From positions 3,188 through 67,187 of the IMG/VR virus record IMGVR_UViG_3300021400_001239: a stretch of DNA of 64,000 bases; one strand, given 5' to 3'. Below are positions 58,530-64,000 of this stretch, in pieces (positions within the stretch are counted from its first letter, which is position 1; each line of letters starts with the position of its first letter). This DNA comes from a virus (taxonomy: Duplodnaviria > Caudoviricetes). The position numbers and the translations under genes are program-made. Below the pieces are notes generated by a model, which ran no database searches, was not told the DNA's origin, and saw only the letters and a program-made list of their open reading frames with translations.

Positions 58530-59498
58530 TCACACATTATCATGGTCGCCATCAGGTCGCTCCTCTATGATTTTAATAGCATCTTCGATCGATACTCCAT
58601 TGCTGTAAAGCTCTTTTGCGAGCCGTTCTTTCAGATAATCAATACGGTCTTTGTAATGCTTAATCCTTGCGGCAAGCTGCTCCACAGTATCACCAGTTTT
58701 CTCCTCACCAATAATCAACTCCTTTGCATACGGCAGAGTTTCGATCCACTTGCAGAACTCCCGCCACTCGTCAAGTTTATGGTTCTTCCTGGCATGGTAC
58801 ATATTTGCCAGAACCTCGTAGTTAAGCATCAGAGTAGCCCGCTGGTTATAAGACGAAGGCAGAAGCTGGATCATATGCCACCAGATTCTTTTGTCTTTTG
58901 TCCTTAAATACACATTTCGAAGATGGTTTAAAAAATCTATCAGATGATTGTAGAACTCAAACGGAGCGGCATAAACACCCTTGTCTTCATCAAACATGTG
59001 TACAGGAACACCGTAAATTTTTTCAATTCCTGGCACGTTACTGTCTTCGTCTTTAAGCAAATGCTCCGTAGAGAAATCCTCTAGGGTAAACTCCTTGTCG
59101 TGTATCTTGTGCATGGTTGAGCAGGAATTCCTGACAGTGCCGACCTTGTATGTGTCTGCTTCCTTCCACCAGTAAAGAGGAGCTGTAACATCAACATACA
59201 CAACGATCATTCTCCGGAACTTAGCCTCATCAGATCCAGCATTACCAAGACCACTCAGGAGCTTCAGGTCGTTGGGACCGATGTAAACATCATTAAATTT
59301 GCCCCAGTTTTCATCAGGTTCCTTCTTTTTTTCAAATAAAATGTCATGACAATATCTAAACATCGCTCCATCGGCATAAACGTTAATTCCATCAAAGAAT
59401 AGTGAGTCACTCTTCTCCCAGCTATTCATGGGATTCCTGGCACCTCTGATAGCCGGTTCCCATCCGACAGTGCTGACATTTTCAATCTTGATCATCAT
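58530..59498 (-). CDS. ThyX-like (flavin-dependent thymidylate synthase-like) protein
   Basis: IRGARNPMNSW, KFRRMI.V.VDVTAPLYWWKE, NSCSTMH, LLPSSY.Q, RKNHKLDEW. Confidence 0.6.
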   Translation of the reverse strand: MMIKIENVSTVGWEPAIRGARNPMNSWEKSDSLFFDGINVYADGAMFRYCHDILFEKKKEPDENWGKFNDVYIGPNDLKLLSGLGNAGSDEAKFRRMIVVYVDVTAPLYWWKEADTYKVGTVRNSCSTMHKIHDKEFTLEDFSTEHLLKDEDSNVPGIEKIYGVPVHMFDEDKGVYAAPFEFYNHLIDFLNHLRNVYLRTKDKRIWWHMIQLLPSSYNQRATLMLNYEVLANMYHARKNHKLDEWREFCKWIETLPYAKELIIGEEKTGDTVEQLAARIKHYKDRIDYLKERLAKELYSNGVSIEDAIKIIEERPDGDHDNV

Positions 59499-59922
59499 TA
59501 TCCTCCTCGCATACACATCTCACAACAGATTCTGATATTGACAGCTTCTGCGAAATATCATGAATAGACATACCTTTGGACACTAGCTCCCTGGCCAGTT
59601 CCAGTTCCAAATATCTAATGCGACTTTTGTAGGCATCGCGTTCGATGTTAAACGCCTTAGCCGCATCTCTGAAAATAGGATGGTTCTTATAGCTCGGTAC
59701 CGGATCTTTGAGGAATACCTCGTATGTGTTATGTTTCTCAACCACCGAATATCCGGCTTTCCTCAGTTCGTTCCAAAGAGTGGTTTTGCCTGTAGGACCA
59801 CTAGGACCGCCAATAATAATAGTCTTACCATTCCGTATCGCGCCGGCAAGTTCATACACCCTGTTTTTACCAAGTAACGATATTATATAATTGTCATCAA
59901 TTCCTGGAATAATCACGATCAC
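59482..59922 (-). CDS. P-loop-containing protein with C-terminal HTH
   Basis: GGPSGPTGKT; GMSIHDISQKLSISESVVR. Confidence 0.45.
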   Translation of the reverse strand: MIVIIPGIDDNYIISLLGKNRVYELAGAIRNGKTIIIGGPSGPTGKTTLWNELRKAGYSVVEKHNTYEVFLKDPVPSYKNHPIFRDAAKAFNIERDAYKSRIRYLELELARELVSKGMSIHDISQKLSISESVVRCVCEEDNDDQD

Positions 59923-60144
59923 ACCTCCTTCTCGTGGATAAACAGAATCCATGATCCGCTCTTATCGCTGGTATAAGTGTCGTAGTCGCCGACGCTTTTT
60001 CTCATATGAGGGAACATCGAACGTAAAGCATTCTCAGCGGCCTTGTGTGTAGGGTGAACATCGATAAACTGTTCGTCCTGAAATGGCCTGGCCTTGGTCG
60101 TCACATATACTTTCATCTTTCTCTCCTTTCAATCAGGTTTGGTT

Positions 60145-60669
60145 TCATTTGATCTTAAGCTTGAAGACGGGACGAACGGTGTAGCTTGTGCTAGGGTTGT
60201 TAAAGTAGGCATGGCCGCCTAAGGTAGCATAGGCAAATGATGTAGGATCATATTCATGTTCGTTTGCTAGCCAGTACCATGTAGATTCACCAACAAGGTT
60301 GACTGCGATCCTGTTTTTTGCTGTTTTCATAAGTTCCCACTGCTTTTTACCTGAAGGTTTTACGAAATCCGTGTCACCGAAGATTTCCTCAGCATAAGGA
60401 AGTCTGAGAATGTCACCGTTTCTGAACGGAACGATCGCGGCTCGTATAGAACTGTTAAATAAACCCTGCTGATAGAAGTTTGCATACGTTATGGCTTCGT
60501 CGTGTTTAACGTACTTTGGAAATACCTGATCAAACAGAAAGATGGCCTCGCCCTTCTTGTTGATCTTTTGGCAGGTAGCCGTGTAATTATCACTAATTCC
60601 AATCCGGTCGCCTACATAAAATCTGTCAGGATAACCGTAATATGTTCTTGCTATTAAAATATCACCCAT
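60145..60669 (-). CDS. C-type-lectin-fold (DUF6273-like) protein, possible second DGR target
   Basis: LRLPYAEEIFG, WYWL, FAYA..GG.A......SY.VRPVF. Confidence 0.65.
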   Translation of the reverse strand: MGDILIARTYYGYPDRFYVGDRIGISDNYTATCQKINKKGEAIFLFDQVFPKYVKHDEAITYANFYQQGLFNSSIRAAIVPFRNGDILRLPYAEEIFGDTDFVKPSGKKQWELMKTAKNRIAVNLVGESTWYWLANEHEYDPTSFAYATLGGHAYFNNPSTSYTVRPVFKLKIK

Positions 60670-62619
60670 ATTAATCTCCTTTCTCTTCAAGCGCCTCAAT
60701 AGCCATCACGAAAGCTTCAGAAGCACAACAAATATAAACATTCTCTGCGATTTCCCTACTTGCATAATACGGACAAGTCGTTTCGCAGGTATTCTGATAC
60801 ATCTCGTGCTCTCTAGGCAGATACGACCTCATACAGGCGGCTGCTTCTGCTTTAGTCATTTCCCCCTCCTAAAAATAGTGCGATTATCGGTCCTATCCCT
60901 ATAAGCGTAAATAACTTCGTCGACAAACATAGAAAAATATTGTTCAAAGTATTCTTTAAAGACGTGGCTTGGTCCTTTAAATTCAAGATTAAATAAAGCG
61001 GAGTCGAATTGGACACAAATTTCATTATTTCTATCAATAGTGCTAATAAGCATATTAGTGTTATTAAGTTTAGTCATTCCATATCCTCCTTATTTATCGA
61101 GATCTACGACGTTTTCCAGATAAACCTCTCAGGATAGTCCACAAGTGTCATATCAGCATACATCTCGGCGAAGCATTCTGCCTGACCCTCAGCATCGTAG
61201 ACGATCCCACGAGCAATATCCTGAAGTATCTTACTACGGTACTTGTTTGCATACATACCGTTCAGTTCGTTGAGTTTTTGATTTTTACTAGCCAGATCCA
61301 TATTCGCTTCAAGAAGAGTTGCGTTGGATCTCTCCAAAACATCATTACGTTCCTGAAGGTCTTTAATGTGCGCAAATGTGACCGACTCAGAAAGTTTCTC
61401 GTCGCATTCTCTAAAAGCTGTATGGATTGGCGATGCTGCAAACGGCGAAATAGTAATGGTATTTGCTACAACGGTGTCATAAAGTTCCTGCAGTGCATCA
61501 TTCTTCAGTTTCATTTGTTACTCCTCCTTATTTATCGAAAATATCAAACCTGACATGCTCAACCATCCTCCAGAACTTGGCGTTCCATCTTCTTTCGGTG
61601 CAATACTGAATGAGATCCAGAATTGATGTACAAGCTGATTGCGGAAACCATCTATACAGAAACTTCTCCCAAAGAATATCCATCATCACTCTTCCTCCGA
61701 TTCGGTTGCGTTAAGAACTTGGTTAATATCAATACTCTGGATCGAATATGTGTGCGTTATGGTTTCCATATATTGCTCTGTTTCGAACTCGAATATGATT
61801 TCCCCATCGTCGCAAATAATTTTTTCAATCGACTTTGACAAAGTAAAGCCCCTGTACTTGTAGTCATTGGCTTTGTTCGCCTCTTTGGTATATTGATCCA
61901 TAATCACGGCTTCAGCAGATTCAGTAGAGTCAAAAACCCCAACGACTTCGTCTCTATCCCATGAGTCTTCGTAACTCAAATCGTTACACATATGAAGCGT
62001 CACCAAATATAACATCACTTATCCTCCTTCCCACAATCTGCACACTGATTCTCGCAGGTCACAACCCTTTCAACATGCGGTTTACTGTTTGCATCAAATG
62101 AACCATAGAGCATACAAATAGGGCGATACTTATCACAGTTTTTGCAAGATTTTTTGGGCATTAGGTCTCCTTTCTTATCCGTACTGGAAAAACAAAACGG
62201 GAAGGCCATGTATAGTCGTCTCGAACCGCTACACAAGCCTTCCCTTAATTATCAGACCCATTTACTTTAGCCTCCCTTTCATTATTAGTAGATCGGTCTC
62301 CATAATACGGGCTGTAAATTCTGCGTAAAAACAAAAGACTCCCTGCAAATATCGTTTTGATACTCACAGAGAGTCTTATTTCAACTTCTGACCCACTCCC
62401 ATCCGAGGTGGATGTTATCCTCTGACGCAATCTCATAGAGTGTCCAGAGACCTTCCTCCTTCGGAGCCGTAAATGTCAGTCCGGAATAACCAGATTCGAC
62501 AACAGTTCCGGGCTGTAAATTCTCCCACTCGTCTACTGTAATTCGTCTTTCCATATTTAACCTCCTATAAAAATGAGTCGGACACTATTATCCATAAAGG
62601 AGATTGTTATTTCTGCGTA

Positions 62620-62946
62620 CTAGAATATAAACGAGTCAGCTTTCACTCCAAGACGCTCCGCCATCCTTTTTCGCTTGAAGTCGATGGTATCACCAATCTT
62701 CTCATTATCGACAAGACCAGGAATCTTCCTGACCTCTCTCAGAATCACATATGCATCTGCCATTTCTTCATGCAGGTTATCGACCATCTCTTCCTTTGTC
62801 TTACCATGGACAAGATTCTCGCCTCTAAAATACCTTGCAAGCTTTAGACAGGCGTGAGCCAGCTCGTTACACTCCTCAGCCATTTGCTCCAATGTAGCAG
62901 GCACTCCAATCGCATCTACAAGTGCCTTAATTTCTTTATCAGTCAT
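62620..62946 (-). CDS. MazG-like nucleotide pyrophosphohydrolase
   Basis: LEQMAEECNEL..A..K and LHEEMAD acidic motifs. Confidence 0.6.
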   Translation of the reverse strand: MTDKEIKALVDAIGVPATLEQMAEECNELAHACLKLARYFRGENLVHGKTKEEMVDNLHEEMADAYVILREVRKIPGLVDNEKIGDTIDFKRKRMAERLGVKADSFIF

Positions 62947-63230
62947 CTGTTGATCACCCCACGAGTTCCATCTTCATTCAGAACAACATTCTCGAACTTC
63001 TTGTAGGCATCGAAATACCATTTCTTCTTGTCGCCATCGAAGGTAAGTTCATAGTACATGCCATCCGGCAGAGTGCTGCTGATCAGGTATTTCCAGTTCT
63101 GCAGGATCTTGGCTTTCCAGACGATAAATGTGTCGAACGGTACCGTCGGATCTGTTGCGTCCAAGTGCTTCAGAATATAAGCGTTAACAATATTGAGTGC
63201 CTTTGTGTCCATTGTCGATGATGTTGTCAT
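62943..63230 (-). CDS. conserved phage hypothetical protein
   Basis: VWKAKILQNWK.L.S..LPDGMYYELTFDGDK...Y.DAYKK.EN. Confidence 0.65.
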   Translation of the reverse strand: MTTSSTMDTKALNIVNAYILKHLDATDPTVPFDTFIVWKAKILQNWKYLISSTLPDGMYYELTFDGDKKKWYFDAYKKFENVVLNEDGTRGVINR

Positions 63231-64000
63231 CTGTCTCTCCTTTCTCGCTGTAATCCCGACATGAATAGTCAGGACCTTTAACTAATACTTTAAGACTGTC
63301 ACTGCTCCATCCTCTGAGCTCGCACATACCCCACTTCATATCAAGATTGACTGCCGTATCATAAAACTCACAGGTTTCGCAGGTTGATTTGTCTTTACTC
63401 ATGGTTAGTCACCTTTTAAAATTATGTTCCAGTTCTTCCACTGTAACGGGTTTTCCATCTGGCCACACAGCGTCGGTTATTCCGAATTGATGAAGGCCGT
63501 CGAAAATCATGTAAACAGTATTTGTGTTTTTATCGACGATATAAAAATAACCTTCATCAACATTTTTCCTGTATTCAACTATATTAGGCTGTGGATAAAC
63601 AGAATCGATACTCGGCTCTTTCTTTCCTTTATTAATATTGCGAGAAGTTTCGCATCCGACGATAAGATTGAGAAGAAACACGAAGCAGATTAAACACGCT
63701 AAAAATTTTTTCATCTTAATCACCTCTTTTTACGTTTCTGTTCCCTAATATAGTCGACTATAAATATAATCGCGTCTTTGATACCGGAAGCCACATCCAG
63801 AGTAAAGTCGACGATTACATATATAGCAATAATAAAGAAAAGAACGTCCATACTTAGTCACCTCTCAAATCATGATGCTTGGAAATATAAAGACCCTGCC
63901 AGCCGCGTCTGCGGTAATAGGCTTTAGCGTTCGCAACCTGATCAAGACGCTTGCAATACTCGATTCCACGAATATAAAACCCTTGTTTCTTACACCAGTC

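Overview
The window is most or all of a ~64-kb temperate siphovirus genome, probably circularly permuted. Holin, SPOR and XkdX genes suggest a gut or rumen Firmicute host (inference). Essentially all real genes are on the minus strand. Modules in transcription order are: small accessory genes with a ThyX-like gene (64-56.7 kb); a two-gene SPOR lysin module; an iteron-rich AT-rich non-coding region; VRR-NUC and PD-(D/E)xK nucleases; a 990-aa protein with a GADFDGD two-barrel RNA-polymerase motif; packaging, head and tail genes (48-20 kb) ending in a DGR-type C-type-lectin fibre and a holin; a tyrosine integrase; a cassette-like early region with many copies of one conserved promoter-like motif; and a replication module (helicase-primase-PolB fusion, SSB, kinase, SF2 helicase). 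The standout is at 13.2-14.2 kb. A stand-alone Cas7/Csm3-like RAMP gene is followed directly by a non-coding array of about 12 units built from 5-nt NGY-NN pentamers, and then by a tRNA-like RNA, with no other cas genes or canonical CRISPR array seen. All calls come from motif reading by eye; no database searches were run.
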